From Candidatus Omnitrophota bacterium (GTDB taxonomy: Bacteria > Omnitrophota > Gorgyraeia > 2-01-FULL-45-10): a DNA stretch of 64,000 nucleotides. The stretch lies in contig JAPLME010000008.1 in assembly GCA_026387175.1 (NCBI GenBank), positions 149,883-213,882 of the forward strand. The letters are read 5' to 3'. Positions 1-10,900 of the stretch are shown one piece after another. The notes beneath the pieces were generated by a model that worked only from the letters and a program-made list of their open reading frames with translations, did no database searches and was not told where the DNA came from. Position 1 is the first letter of the stretch, and every line of letters starts with the position of its first letter. Position numbers and translations under genes: made by a program.

Positions 1-2
1 CG

Positions 3-245
3 ACCGCGCTCGACGTCACCATACAGGCTCAAATTTTAGATCTGCTCAAGGAGCTTATAGATCGGAATAAGATGTCGGTCCTGTTTATAAGCCATGATTT
101 CGGAGTCATCGCGAAGATGTGCGACCGTGTCGGTGTCATGTATAAGGGAAAGATGGTTGAGACATCCGGCATAGAGGCGATATTAAATTCTCCCAAAGAT
201 CCTTACACTATCTCGTTAATAGAATCGGTGAAGGCGTTATCATGA
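3..245 (+). CDS. Oligopeptide/dipeptide ABC transporter ATP-binding subunit (OppD/DppD-like), 5'-truncated by window edge
   Basis: Manual translation TALDVTIQAQILDLL...LFISHDFGVIAKMCDRVGVMYKG; TGA at 243-245 overlaps the next ATG. Confidence 0.85.
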   Translation, partial: TALDVTIQAQILDLLKELIDRNKMSVLFISHDFGVIAKMCDRVGVMYKGKMVETSGIEAILNSPKDPYTISLIESVKALS

Positions 246-1018
246 TAATCGCGGAATGTAAGAATATAAAGAAGAGTTTTCCGATAAAACGCGGTTATCT
301 GCAGGATGAGATTGGCAGGGTGACGGCTGTAGATGGCGTATCGCTCGATATCGGGAAAGGATGTTCTTTCGGCATCGTCGGCGAATCGGGCTCGGGCAAG
401 ACTACGCTCGGCAAGATCATGCTGGGTGTTTTAAAACCTGATTCAGGCGAAGTGAGGGTCTATACCGATAAACTTCAGGTGATATTTCAGGATCCGTACA
501 ATAGTCTCGATCCTAAGATGAAGGTATTCGATATACTTGCGGAAGGACTGATCTTAAAAAAAGAGACTGATCAAATATCAAAGAGGGTAGAGGATATCAT
601 GGACATCATAAAGTTGCCAAAGCCCGCCCTCCATAGATATCCCCACCAGTTTTCCGGCGGTGAACGTCAGAGGATAGCTATAGGAAGAGCTCTCATTACA
701 GAGCCTGAATTCATAGTATGCGATGAGCCTGTATCGAGCCTTGACGTTACGATCCAGCTGCAGATATTAAGGCTGCTTAAAGACGTTCAGAAACGATTTA
801 ATATAACCTACCTATTCATAAGCCATGACCTGCGGGTCGTGCGCTTCATCTGCGACCGCGTTGCCGTCATGAAAGACGGCAAGATTGTAGAAGAGGGAAG
901 CGCCTCCGACATATATTCCCGCCCGGCGCACCCATACACTAAGCTGCTCCTCTCATCCGTTCTCCACATCTACCCCCGAAAAATCTCCTGGGGAAACGTG
1001 GGCGAAAATATCGTATAG
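242..1018 (+). CDS. Oligopeptide/dipeptide ABC transporter ATP-binding subunit (OppF/DppF-like)
   Basis: Walker A GESGSGKT, FSGGERQR signature, CDEPVSSLDVTIQ, HPYT; C-terminus runs into repeat A1. Confidence 0.9.
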   Translation: MIIAECKNIKKSFPIKRGYLQDEIGRVTAVDGVSLDIGKGCSFGIVGESGSGKTTLGKIMLGVLKPDSGEVRVYTDKLQVIFQDPYNSLDPKMKVFDILAEGLILKKETDQISKRVEDIMDIIKLPKPALHRYPHQFSGGERQRIAIGRALITEPEFIVCDEPVSSLDVTIQLQILRLLKDVQKRFNITYLFISHDLRVVRFICDRVAVMKDGKIVEEGSASDIYSRPAHPYTKLLLSSVLHIYPRKISWGNVGENIV

Positions 1019-1286
1019 GTGATGCCCCAGACGAGATCCTTCAGGCAGCGGAACTTCTGCGGGAAGCCTGGAGCGACTTTCGTAAAATCTTGATACTTCT
1101 AGGCGATATACCAGGACAATGAAACTGCACAATAGCTTTACGCATATGCAGGTTCATTGGCCATCAAGATTTTACAACAGCGAATTTACATGCCTAATGT
1201 AAATTCGCGACAAGCGGAAGGCTTACCGCAGAAGTTTCGCTGCTGTAGGAGAAGCGAAGGGACAGGGCCCGAGGGATGTTTTCGCT
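1001..1286 (+). repeat. Nested palindromic element A1
   Basis: Outer arms GGCGAAAATATC (1001-1012)/GATGTTTTCGCT (1275-1286); inner stems 1045-1062/1226-1243 and 1082-1094/1163-1175; near-identical to 24340-24630. Confidence 0.9.
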
Positions 1287-1287
1287 C

Positions 1288-1316
1288 TTGATTAGCGGGG
1301 GAGTCTGCATTATAAT
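1288..1316 (+). promoter_or_regulatory. Putative sigma70 promoter for the nth-argA-leuCDB-asd run
   Basis: TTGATT-17 bp-TATAAT directly after element A1. Confidence 0.6.
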
Positions 1317-1330
1317 TAGGGCCATAATTT

Positions 1331-2011
1331 ATGAATACCGCCAAGAAGATAATTACAATATCTAAACTGTTAAAGAAGGCCTATGGGAATCCGAGGCCAT
1401 TCAAGGCCCTGGATCCTGTCGATGAGCTGATAAAGACGGTCCTTTCGCAGAATACGAATGACCGGAATTCGCTTGGCGCGTTTGCGGTTTTGAAGGAACA
1501 TTTCAGTTCCTGGGGCGCATTGATGAAGGCCGATACGCGGCACGTCGCTCGGCTCATAAAGCATGCCGGACTTGCAAATATCAAGGCCGCTCGCATAAAA
1601 GAGATCCTGGCCGAGATAAAACGCCGCGAGGGAAAAATAAGCCTGGCGTTTTTGGAAAGGGCAGATCTCAAAGTTGGTATTGAATACCTTAAATCGCTTA
1701 AAGGCGTTGGCCCGAAAACGGCGGCATGTGTGCTGCTATTCAGTTTTCGTAGGCCCGTGATGCCGGTAGATACGCATATATTCAGGGTGACAAAGAGGCT
1801 GGGTTTAATCGGCTCGAAGACCGGTATAGAGGAAGCTCACGATATCCTTACAGGGATGACGCCTAAGCACTTGATATATGAATTGCATTTAGGTATAATA
1901 GAACACGGTCGCAGGACCTGTAAGGCGCAAAATCCGCGATGCGGGTTTTGCGTTTTGTATAATCTGTGCAAATTCAAGGATAAGCGTTTATATAAAGAGG
2001 GCCATAAGTGA
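1331..2011 (+). CDS. nth: Endonuclease III family HhH-GPD DNA glycosylase
   Basis: LSQNTND, HhH LKGVGPKTA, PVDTH, C-terminal C-x6-C-x2-C-x5-C 4Fe-4S motif. Confidence 0.85.
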   Translation: MNTAKKIITISKLLKKAYGNPRPFKALDPVDELIKTVLSQNTNDRNSLGAFAVLKEHFSSWGALMKADTRHVARLIKHAGLANIKAARIKEILAEIKRREGKISLAFLERADLKVGIEYLKSLKGVGPKTAACVLLFSFRRPVMPVDTHIFRVTKRLGLIGSKTGIEEAHDILTGMTPKHLIYELHLGIIEHGRRTCKAQNPRCGFCVLYNLCKFKDKRLYKEGHK

Positions 2012-2457
2012 TAAGAAAAGCCACGGTAGAGGATGTCAAGAAGATACAGAAGCTCATCAATTATCATGCCAGGCATGATAAGATGCTTCCGCGTTCGCTT
2101 AATGAATTATACGAGAGCATAAGAAATTTCTTCGTATATACCGAAGGAAAGAACATCTGCGGGGTCTGCGCCCTCAACGTTGACTGGGAGGATCTTGCGG
2201 AGATAAAGAGCCTGGCGGTGGCGCCGTCCAAGGCGAGAAAAGGCGTCGGTTCCAAGCTTATGCAGGAGTGCCTTAAGGACGCTAAGAAATTGAAGATAAC
2301 GAAAGTTTTTGCGCTTACCTACGTGCCGGAATTCTTCGAGAAATTCGGCTTTGAGGTGATAGATAAGAAGGATCTTCCGCATAAGATATGGAGCGAGTGC
2401 ATAAAGTGCATGTACTTCCCTAACTGTAAAGAGATAGCAATGATGAAGGAGATATAG
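2008..2457 (+). CDS. GNAT N-acetyltransferase, short ArgA-like amino-acid N-acetyltransferase
   Basis: MLPRSLNELYE, LAEIKSLAV, FALTY, LPHKIWSECIKC motifs. Confidence 0.8.
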   Translation: MIRKATVEDVKKIQKLINYHARHDKMLPRSLNELYESIRNFFVYTEGKNICGVCALNVDWEDLAEIKSLAVAPSKARKGVGSKLMQECLKDAKKLKITKVFALTYVPEFFEKFGFEVIDKKDLPHKIWSECIKCMYFPNCKEIAMMKEI

Positions 2458-2463
2458 AGCAAA

Positions 2464-3738
2464 ATGGGTCACACGATAACGGAAAAGATCCTCTTAAAAC
2501 ATACCAAATTGAAGGATATCCACCCAGGGGAATTTATCGACGCGAAAGTCGATCTCTGTCTGGGTAACGATATAACCGCGCCTTTTGCGATAGAGGAGTT
2601 TGAGAGCTTAGGCGCGAAGAAGGTTTTCGATAAGAAGAAGGTTGTGCTCGTCCCCGATCATTTTGCGCCCGCTAAAGATATGGCGAGCGCGAACCAGTGC
2701 AAGAGGCTGGCTACTTTTTCCAAGAAGTACGATATAAAGCACTATTTCGAGGTGGGATCGATGGGCGTTGAACACGCGCTTCTGCCTGAGGTCGGACTGG
2801 TGTTGCCCGGAGATCTCGTGATAGGCGCGGATTCACATACTTGCACCTACGGCGCGCTCGGCGCGTTCTCGACCGGAGTCGGCTCGACGGATCTTGCGGC
2901 TGCCATGGCGACGGGCGAGGTATGGCTGAAAGTGCCGGAGTCGATGAAGTTCGTATTTTATGGAAAGCTCAATAAATGGGTGGGCGGCAAGGACCTGATC
3001 CTGCATACTATAGGGAACATAGGCGTTGACGGCGCGCGTTATTGCGCGATGGAGTTTTGCGGAGAGGTGATCGATAAACTGCCTATGGAGGACCGTCTGA
3101 CTATGTGTAATATGGCGATCGAGGCCGGCGGAAAGAATGGGATAATCGCTCCGGACAAGATAACGTCCGGCTATATAAGATCGATAAAGAATAAGGCTAA
3201 GCCGGGTATCGGTAAAGTTTACTCAAGCGATAAAGACGCAAAATATCGCGATGTCAGGGAATATGATTGCAGCTTGATCGAACCGCTCGTCGCATGTCCG
3301 AGCCTTCCCAGCAATGTGAAGCCGGTCAGGGCACTGAAAGATGTGGCGATAGATCAGGTAGTGATAGGCTCATGCACTAACGGCAGGATATCGGACCTGA
3401 GGATCGCGGCAAAGATCCTGAAAGGAAAAAAGGCGAAATCTAATATAAGGCTTATAGTGATCCCGGCCACCCAGAAGATATATCTGGACGCGATGAAGGA
3501 AGGGCTTGCTAAGATATTCATTGACGCAGGAGGCGTATTCTCGACCCCGACATGCGGGCCATGCCTCGGAGGTCATATGGGCATATTGGCGGCGGGAGAG
3601 CGCGCCATATCCACCACGAACCGTAATTTTGTCGGAAGGATGGGTGATCCGACGAGTGAGGTATATCTGTCCAATCCGGCTGTGGCAGCCGCAAGCGCGG
3701 TAAAAGGCAGGATAGCCCACCCTGAAGAGGTGATATAA
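2464..3738 (+). CDS. leuC: 3-isopropylmalate dehydratase large subunit
   Basis: [36 protein letters not shown]. Confidence 0.93.
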   Translation: MGHTITEKILLKHTKLKDIHPGEFIDAKVDLCLGNDITAPFAIEEFESLGAKKVFDKKKVVLVPDHFAPAKDMASANQCKRLATFSKKYDIKHYFEVGSMGVEHALLPEVGLVLPGDLVIGADSHTCTYGALGAFSTGVGSTDLAAAMATGEVWLKVPESMKFVFYGKLNKWVGGKDLILHTIGNIGVDGARYCAMEFCGEVIDKLPMEDRLTMCNMAIEAGGKNGIIAPDKITSGYIRSIKNKAKPGIGKVYSSDKDAKYRDVREYDCSLIEPLVACPSLPSNVKPVRALKDVAIDQVVIGSCTNGRISDLRIAAKILKGKKAKSNIRLIVIPATQKIYLDAMKEGLAKIFIDAGGVFSTPTCGPCLGGHMGILAAGERAISTTNRNFVGRMGDPTSEVYLSNPAVAAASAVKGRIAHPEEVI

Positions 3739-4230
3739 ATGTCTAAAGGCAGAGCGTATAAATTCGGCGATGATATTAACACAGATGAGATAATACCGGC
3801 GCGTTATCTCAATACTACCAATAAAGAAGATCTCGCGAAACACTGCATGGAGGATGCCGATAAGAATTTTGCGAAGAAGGTAAGGCCGGGTGACGTGATC
3901 GTTGCGGGGAAGAACTTCGGATGCGGTTCCTCGAGAGAGCATGCTCCGGTTGCTATAAAAGCGGCGGGTGTATCTTGCGTGATAGCGGAAAGTTTCGCCA
4001 GGATATTTTTCCGTAACTGTATCAATGTCGGTCTGTCGATAGTGGAATCCCGGGAAGCCTCGAAAAATATAAGAGACGGCGATCTCCTGAGCGTGGATAC
4101 GGCATCAGGGGTGGTGAAGAATATAACGAAAAAAGAGAGTTACAAAATAGAGAAGTATCCGTCGTTTATGCAAAAGATAATAAAAGCCGGAGGCCTTATC
4201 AATTCATTAAGAAAGAAAGGATCAAAATGA
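3739..4230 (+). CDS. leuD: 3-isopropylmalate dehydratase small subunit
   Basis: [30 protein letters not shown]. Confidence 0.93.
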   Translation: MSKGRAYKFGDDINTDEIIPARYLNTTNKEDLAKHCMEDADKNFAKKVRPGDVIVAGKNFGCGSSREHAPVAIKAAGVSCVIAESFARIFFRNCINVGLSIVESREASKNIRDGDLLSVDTASGVVKNITKKESYKIEKYPSFMQKIIKAGGLINSLRKKGSK

Positions 4231-5288
4231 GTGGAAAGGAATATAGGATAGCGGTGATACCGGGGGATGGCACTGGCCCGGAGGTTGTGGCGGAAGGGAT
4301 GAAGGTCCTGAAAGCGGCTTCCAAGAAATTCGGATTCTCATATAAGGATGAGCTCTTCGATTACGGCGGAGAGAGATATCTGAAGACGGGGAAGACCATA
4401 GACGATAAAGAGCTGGATAACCTGAAGAAATTCGACGCGATATTTTTGGGCGCCATCGGGCACCCTAATGTGAAGCCCGGCATACTCGAGCAGGGGATAC
4501 TCCTAAAGACCAGGTTCTCTCTTGATCAATATATCAACTTGAGGCCTGTCAAGCTTTACGATTCCCGTTTCTGTCCCCTTAAAGATAAGAAGCCTGAGGA
4601 TATAGACTTTGTAGTTGTGAGAGAGAATTCCGAAGGCCTTTACAAGGGCATGGGCGAATTCCAAAATAAGGGCAAGAAGGATGAAGTCGCCATACAGATC
4701 TCGTATAATACGAGAAAAGGCGTCGAGAGGTGCCTGAGATACGCGTTCGAGTTTACCAGGAAACGCAACAGGCGCAAAAAATTGACTCTCTGCGGAAAGA
4801 CCAATGTCCTGACGTATGCATGGGACCTCTGGCAGAGGACGTTCGATGAGATCAAGAAAGAGTACCCGGACATAATGACAGATTACGCCCATGTTGACGC
4901 CACCACGATGTGGTTCGTCAAAAATCCCGAATGGTTCGACGTCATCGTCACCGACAATATATTCGGCGACATCATAACGGATCTGGGGGCCATGATACAG
5001 GGCGGTATGGGCATAGCCGCCGGAGGCAATATAAATCCTGAAAGCGTATCGATGTTCGAGCCTATAGGCGGGTCCGCTCCGAAGTATACTGGAAAACATG
5101 TCATTAATCCACTTGCGGCCATCTGCGCGGCCGGGATGCTTCTGGATAATATCGGTGAAACGAAGGCCGCGAAGTCGATCGAGAGTTCGGTCATGAAGAT
5201 AGTCTCGACAAAGATGAAATCGCTTGCGGCAGGCAAGATGGGTTATTCGACCGAAGAAGTCGGAGACCTGGTAGTTGAAAATTTATAA
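4227..5288 (+). CDS. leuB: 3-isopropylmalate dehydrogenase
   Basis: [37 protein letters not shown]; follows leuCD. Confidence 0.9.
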   Translation: MSGKEYRIAVIPGDGTGPEVVAEGMKVLKAASKKFGFSYKDELFDYGGERYLKTGKTIDDKELDNLKKFDAIFLGAIGHPNVKPGILEQGILLKTRFSLDQYINLRPVKLYDSRFCPLKDKKPEDIDFVVVRENSEGLYKGMGEFQNKGKKDEVAIQISYNTRKGVERCLRYAFEFTRKRNRRKKLTLCGKTNVLTYAWDLWQRTFDEIKKEYPDIMTDYAHVDATTMWFVKNPEWFDVIVTDNIFGDIITDLGAMIQGGMGIAAGGNINPESVSMFEPIGGSAPKYTGKHVINPLAAICAAGMLLDNIGETKAAKSIESSVMKIVSTKMKSLAAGKMGYSTEEVGDLVVENL

Positions 5289-5297
5289 GAGGCTGGT

Positions 5298-6302
5298 ATG
5301 AGCAAAAAATACAATGTAGCCGTAATGGGCGCTACAGGCGCAGTCGGCACATGTTTTTTAAATATACTTGCGGAGAGAAAATTTCCGATAAATAATTTAA
5401 GGTTGCTTGCGTCGGAACGTTCGGCGGGGAAGAAGCTTAAATTCAACGGCAAGCTATATCCTGTAGAAAAGCTCACCCATGATTCGTTTAAAGGCATAGA
5501 TATCGTCCTGGCGAGCGCGGGCGCCTCACGAAGCCTTGAGTTTTTGCCCAGCGCTGTAAAGGCGGGAGCGGTGTGTGTCGATAACTCCAGCGCCTTCCGG
5601 ATGGATAAGGACGTGCCGCTCGTGGTCCCCGAAGTGAACCCTGAGATGATAAAGAGACATAAGGGCATAATCGCTAACCCGAACTGTTCGACCATCCAGA
5701 TGGTCGTTGCCCTCTGGCCGATACACAAGGCCGTCGGCATAAAGAGGATCGTTGTCACCACATTCCAGTCGGTCTCAGGCGCGGGCCAAAAAAAGATCAA
5801 TGAATTATTTGAGCAGTCTAAGGCCTTTCTTGCAAAGAAAAAAGTGAAGCCGGTAGAGTTTGCTCATCAGATAGCGTTCAACCTGATACCGCAGATTGAC
5901 GTCTTCCTCGATAACAAATATACCAAGGAAGAGATGAAGATGGTAGGCGAAACCCGCAAGATCATGGGCGACCAGTCTATCAATATCAACGCGACCTGCA
6001 TCAGAGTACCCGTCCTATTCGCTCATTCCGAGAGCGTCAATATCGAAACCGAAAAGCATATCAGTGCTCTTGAGGTGGCAAGGCTTATGGCCGGCGCGCC
6101 GGGTGTCAGGCTTATAGACAATCCGGCGAAACAGTTGTATCCGATGCCTATAGATGCTGAAGGACAGGATGACACTCTGGTAGGACGCATACGCCAGGAC
6201 GAGTCGATAAAGAACGGTATCTCCATGTGGATCGTTGCCGATAACATTCGTAAAGGCGCCGCCCTTAACGCTATCCAGATTGCTGAATATCTAATAAAAT
6301 AA
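5298..6302 (+). CDS. asd: Aspartate-semialdehyde dehydrogenase
   Basis: GATGAVG, DNSSAFRM, NPNCSTIQ, DNIRKGAALNA. Confidence 0.95.
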   Translation: MSKKYNVAVMGATGAVGTCFLNILAERKFPINNLRLLASERSAGKKLKFNGKLYPVEKLTHDSFKGIDIVLASAGASRSLEFLPSAVKAGAVCVDNSSAFRMDKDVPLVVPEVNPEMIKRHKGIIANPNCSTIQMVVALWPIHKAVGIKRIVVTTFQSVSGAGQKKINELFEQSKAFLAKKKVKPVEFAHQIAFNLIPQIDVFLDNKYTKEEMKMVGETRKIMGDQSININATCIRVPVLFAHSESVNIETEKHISALEVARLMAGAPGVRLIDNPAKQLYPMPIDAEGQDDTLVGRIRQDESIKNGISMWIVADNIRKGAALNAIQIAEYLIK

Positions 6303-6306
6303 GATG

Positions 6307-6502
6307 GATTTTTTGGCTTCGTCAGATGGCAGAACTTTTTGGCACCTTACTGGAGCGACTTTCTAAAATTTCGATACCTATAGGCGGTACAGGCTTCACC
6401 ATCGAAATTTTAGCAACAGCGAGCGAGGAAGCCTATTCCGAGCGAGCGGCAAGCGGAAGCAGGTGCCAAAAGTGAATGCCATCACGTTGCAGCCAAAAAA
6501 TC
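6307..6502 (+). repeat. Nested palindromic element A2 (B-like outer arms, A-type core)
   Basis: Perfect outer arms GATTTTTTGGCT/AGCCAAAAAATC; core GAGCGACTTTCTAAAATTTCGATACCTATAGGCGGTACAGG...GCGAGCGAGGAAGCCTATTCCGAGCGAGCGGCAAGCGGAAGC closely matches 15603-15811. Confidence 0.9.
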
Positions 6503-6511
6503 AAACGAGAT

Positions 6512-7249
6512 ATGCGTAACATAAAGCTCACTATCCGCTACGACGGGACGAACTATTCCGGATGGCAGTTCCAGAAGAACTCCACATCTATCCAGGAGAC
6601 CATCCAGGATGCGGTCAGGAAGATCACGGGCCGCAAGTCCAGCGTCGTCGCATCCGGCAGGACCGACGCCGGCGTGCATGCATTGGCCCAGATAGCGAAC
6701 TTCAAGACCGCCTCGAAGATCCCTCTCAAAAATCTGCGTATGGCGTTAAATACAGCCCTGCCGGACGACATAGTAGTATCCCGGGCCAAAGAGGTTGCTC
6801 TCGACTTCGATTCGCAAAAGAACGCCAAATCAAAGTTGTATCGTTATGTGATCTATAACAAAGATTTCATGGACCCGTTCTTAAGACGTTACGCCGCGAA
6901 GTCTTTTTTCAAAATCGATACCGCTCTAATGAGAGAGGGTGCGAAATATCTGGTCGGCCGGCATGACTTTACGTCGTTCAAAACGAAGGACGATGATGAG
7001 GGGGCCAACGCGGTCAGGACGATAAAGTATATTAGAATTAAAAGAGACGGCGATGTGATATATATCAATATCGAGGCCGACGGATTTTTGTATAACATGG
7101 TCCGGAACATCGTCGGCACATTGATCGAGGTCGGTCGCGGTAAATTTAAGACCGAATATGTTAAAGAGATACTGAAAAAGAAGGATAAGCGCTCATGCGG
7201 CCCGACAGCGCCGGCAAAGGGCCTCTCGTTGGTAAAGGTAAGGTATTGA
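6512..7249 (+). CDS. truA: tRNA pseudouridine(38-40) synthase
   Basis: YDGTNYSGWQ, SGRTDAGVHA, FLYNMVR; start moved to ATG 6512 because the longer ORF start lies inside the repeat. Confidence 0.95.
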   Translation: MRNIKLTIRYDGTNYSGWQFQKNSTSIQETIQDAVRKITGRKSSVVASGRTDAGVHALAQIANFKTASKIPLKNLRMALNTALPDDIVVSRAKEVALDFDSQKNAKSKLYRYVIYNKDFMDPFLRRYAAKSFFKIDTALMREGAKYLVGRHDFTSFKTKDDDEGANAVRTIKYIRIKRDGDVIYINIEADGFLYNMVRNIVGTLIEVGRGKFKTEYVKEILKKKDKRSCGPTAPAKGLSLVKVRY

Positions 7250-7250
7250 T

Positions 7251-7862
7251 ATGAAGAATAGATACGAATATATGGTCTTTGACCTTGGCAATACATTGAT
7301 CCGATTCGATCATAATATATCGGCGGGAAAGATCGCGAAACTCTTTAATGTCGACGCAAAGAAGGTATATGACACATTCTTTGATTCCGATATTACGCGG
7401 CCTTTCGAATGCGGGAAATTATCTCCAGCGGAATTTCATGTTCAAGCTTCGCGGCTTCTGGGTTTCGATATTTCTTATGATGGTTTTGTAAAAATATGGA
7501 ATAATATATTCTGGCAGGATGACCAGATGTGCGCGCTGGCAAGGGAGCTCAAGAGTAAGTATAAATTGATCTTACTTTCCAACATCAGCAAACTTCATTT
7601 CGAGCACATTAGAAGTAAATTTGATATCATCGATATATTTGATGAGCTTGTCTTATCGTATCAGGTCGGGGCTATAAAACCCGAGCGGAAGATATATGAT
7701 GAGGTGGTAAAGCGCGCAGGCGGCAACAGGTCGGAGATCTTCTATATAGATGACAGGGAAGACCTGATAGAATCCGCGCTTCGACTCGGGATCGATTCGG
7801 TAAGATTCGAAAATATCGATAAATTACGAGATATAATGAAAGAAAAAGGCATACTGCCTTGA
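7251..7862 (+). CDS. HAD-family phosphatase (YihX-like)
   Basis: FDLGNTL, LSN, KPE, YIDD motifs. Confidence 0.85.
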   Translation: MKNRYEYMVFDLGNTLIRFDHNISAGKIAKLFNVDAKKVYDTFFDSDITRPFECGKLSPAEFHVQASRLLGFDISYDGFVKIWNNIFWQDDQMCALARELKSKYKLILLSNISKLHFEHIRSKFDIIDIFDELVLSYQVGAIKPERKIYDEVVKRAGGNRSEIFYIDDREDLIESALRLGIDSVRFENIDKLRDIMKEKGILP

Positions 7863-7887
7863 CTTTTATGCAATCCCATGATACACT
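7859..7887 (+). promoter_or_regulatory. Putative sigma70 promoter upstream of smc
   Basis: TTGACT-17 bp-TACACT with TG extension. Confidence 0.5.
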
Positions 7888-7971
7888 TCTTTACAAGTTT
7901 ATGTAAGCTTCTATAGTTTATATATTCTGGTATATTTTATACTTTTTTATACGGACTTATAATATAATTAT

Positions 7972-10900
7972 ATGCACTTTAAATCCCTAGAGCTGGTGGG
8001 TTTTAAGTCTTTTGCCGAAAAGACGAAGCTTAATTTTGAGCCGGGCGTTACCGCTGTAGTCGGCCCCAATGGCTGCGGAAAATCCAACATAGCTGACTCT
8101 ATCCGCTGGGTGCTCGGCGAGCAGTCAGCAAAAAGCCTGCGGGCGTCCAATATGCAGGACGTCATCTTCAACGGCACCGACACCAAAGATCCTATCAATT
8201 TTGCCGAAGTATCCTTGACATTTTCCAATGAAAAAAGAACTCTCCCGATAGACTACGATGAAGTCACGATAACCCGCCGCGTATTCCGCTCAGGCGATAG
8301 CGAATATCTTTTAAACAAAACCCCCGTAAGGCTGAAAGACATAGCGGACCTTCTGATGGGAACCGGTATAGGCACGGAGAGCTATTCCATTATCGAGCAG
8401 GGAAAGATGGACCTGATACTCAGCTCGAAGCCGGAGGACAGGCGCTATGTATTCGAAGAGGCCAGCGGCATCACTAAATATAAATCCAAGAAGAAAGAGG
8501 CCCTGCGCAAACTCGAGCAGACCGAGCAGAACCTGCTGCGCATAAATGATATTATAACGGAAGTGAAACGCCAGATAAACTCTATCGAGCGCCAGGCGAA
8601 GAAGGCGGAACGCTATAAGGTCGATTACGAAAAGCTGAAGGATATGGAGGTCAAGCTCACCTGCCGCGAGTACAAGGGCCTGAAGATGCAGGAAGCCACG
8701 TTTACCGTAGAGAATGAAGATACGAAGGCAAGAGAGAGGGACCTTTCCGGTGAAATAAACGCGATCGCCCTGAAGATTTCCGAAGAAAGGCAGGCGCTGA
8801 ACGAGGTAAATAATAAGATTTTGAATTTAAGGAACCGCTCTTCGGAGATCTCGAATTCGCTCGATATGAATAAGCACAAGATCGAAATAGATAAAGAGAG
8901 GATCGAGGAGGCCCGCATATTACAGGAGGGCCTGAACAGAGAGATCAAATCGGCAACCGATAAGATAAATAACGCTAAGGAGCAGGTAGGTAAATTAAAG
9001 ATCGATCTTGACAGGGCGGTATCGGAGAGGGCCCTGAAGCAAAAGACCGTTGAAGAACATGAACTGCTTTTATCGAATATCGCCAGAGAGCTGGAGGAGA
9101 CCGAAGAGAAGGCCAAGGTCTTCAAGATACAGATAGTGGAATTCCTGGCAAAAGAGACACATATAAAGAACGACCTGATAAAGATAGGCGCCGATGTTCA
9201 GAACAGGAAGATGCGTCAGCGGAGGCTCGAGATAGAAAAAGATGAGGTGGGGAAGGAGCTGGAGTCCACTGAGGGAGCCTTGTCGGGTGTGCTGGTGGAA
9301 TTTAAGACCATAGAAGACAAAGTCGTCGGACTCAAGACGGGCCTCGAGGCGAAGAAGCTTGCTAATGAAGAGGTCATATCCGCGATAGAGAATATAGAAT
9401 CGGATATAGCCAGGGAAGAAAACAATAAAGCCGCGACAAGGTCGAAGATCGAAATGCTGGAAGAGAGCCTGAAGACGCACGAGGGATTTAAGAGCGGGGT
9501 GAAGAACCTGCTCATTAAGGCCAATGAAGATAAGGTTTCATTCAGCGGGGTCCTCGGGGTATTGGCGGATATAATAAAAGTCGAAAAAGGTTACGAAGAG
9601 GCTGTAAGTACGCTCCTGGGCGATGACGCTCAGCTGATAATTACGGAAAATGATAATGACATAGTGAGGGCTATCGAATATTTGAAGAACGGCAGGTTTG
9701 GTAAAGCAAGCTTTGTCTCTCTTGAAACATTGAGGAAGGTAAGCCGAAGCGCGGATCTCCGGCTTAACGAAGCTCTCCATAAGCCATTGAGCAGTTTTGT
9801 TCATATAGATGAGCGGCTTAAACCGGTTATTGAATATTTCTTCGTAAATTCTTATCTGATAGAATCTGTAGAAGAAGGCATGAGGAGTTGCGGCGCCAGC
9901 CCCGCGGTATTTGTAACAAAGTCCGGGCACATGTTCGATAATTGCAAGGTTTCGGGCGGAAGCGCGAGCGAAGGCGAAGAGTCGCTGCTGATAGGGCGCA
10001 GACAGAGACTGGATGACCTGAGGAACGAGCTTAGGACCTGTGAAGAGAGAGGCATAGCGCTTGTTGCCGTCAGGGATGAAAAGAAATCGGCCGGCAGGGC
10101 CCTGGAGACCGAGATAGAGTCCACAGATTCCGCGCTAAGGCAGGAAGAGATAAATTACGCCAATGCCAAAACTAAAAAGGACGCTCAGGAAGAAGCGGGC
10201 AGGAAACTCGCGGACGAAATGTTCCTCCTTGGATCGGAGCTGGATGAGGTGAATCAGATCATAAACGATCTCACCGCGAAGGGCACGGCGCTGAATATTG
10301 AGCTGAATAAGATCGAGGTTGAAAAGACCTCGATGCAGGAATTTATAGATCGATCCCAGGCTTTTATACTTGATAAAAAGTCTGAACGGGAGAGGACCGC
10401 GCTGGAGATGGCGACATTGAGAGCCGAGGTCCAATCGCAGGAAAAGGAAGAGGAGAATGTCCGTAATAATCTCAAGTCGCAGGAAGCCATAGTTTTCGAA
10501 CTCGAGGATACATTATATGCCAAGGACGCCTTAGCGAAGGAATCGAGCGAGAAAGCTAAGTCTCTGGAATGCGAGATAGGTAATCTGACCAGCCAGAACC
10601 AGATATTAGAAAATGACCTAAAGATCCTTAATGAGGAATCCTCCGCCGTAGAGGGCTCGAGGGCCGATATCGGGGCGAGGCTCAATATGGACGAGACGCA
10701 GTTGAAAGAAAAAGAGGCGCAGCTGGAGACCTTCCGTAACCTTATAAGGGATCTTGACGTAAAATTGACAGAGCTTAATTTCAAGAAGTCGAATTTAAAG
10801 GACAGGATGCTTCAGGCGCACAAGTTCGACCTTGAGATGACACCTGTGGAACTTGATGAGCAGATAGACTGGGAATCGATAAGCGTGCAGGTCTCGGAGC

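Noticed and set aside
6476-6511. N-terminal extension of TruA in the ORF track
   Set aside because: It lies inside element A2; homology starts at MRNIKL (6512).
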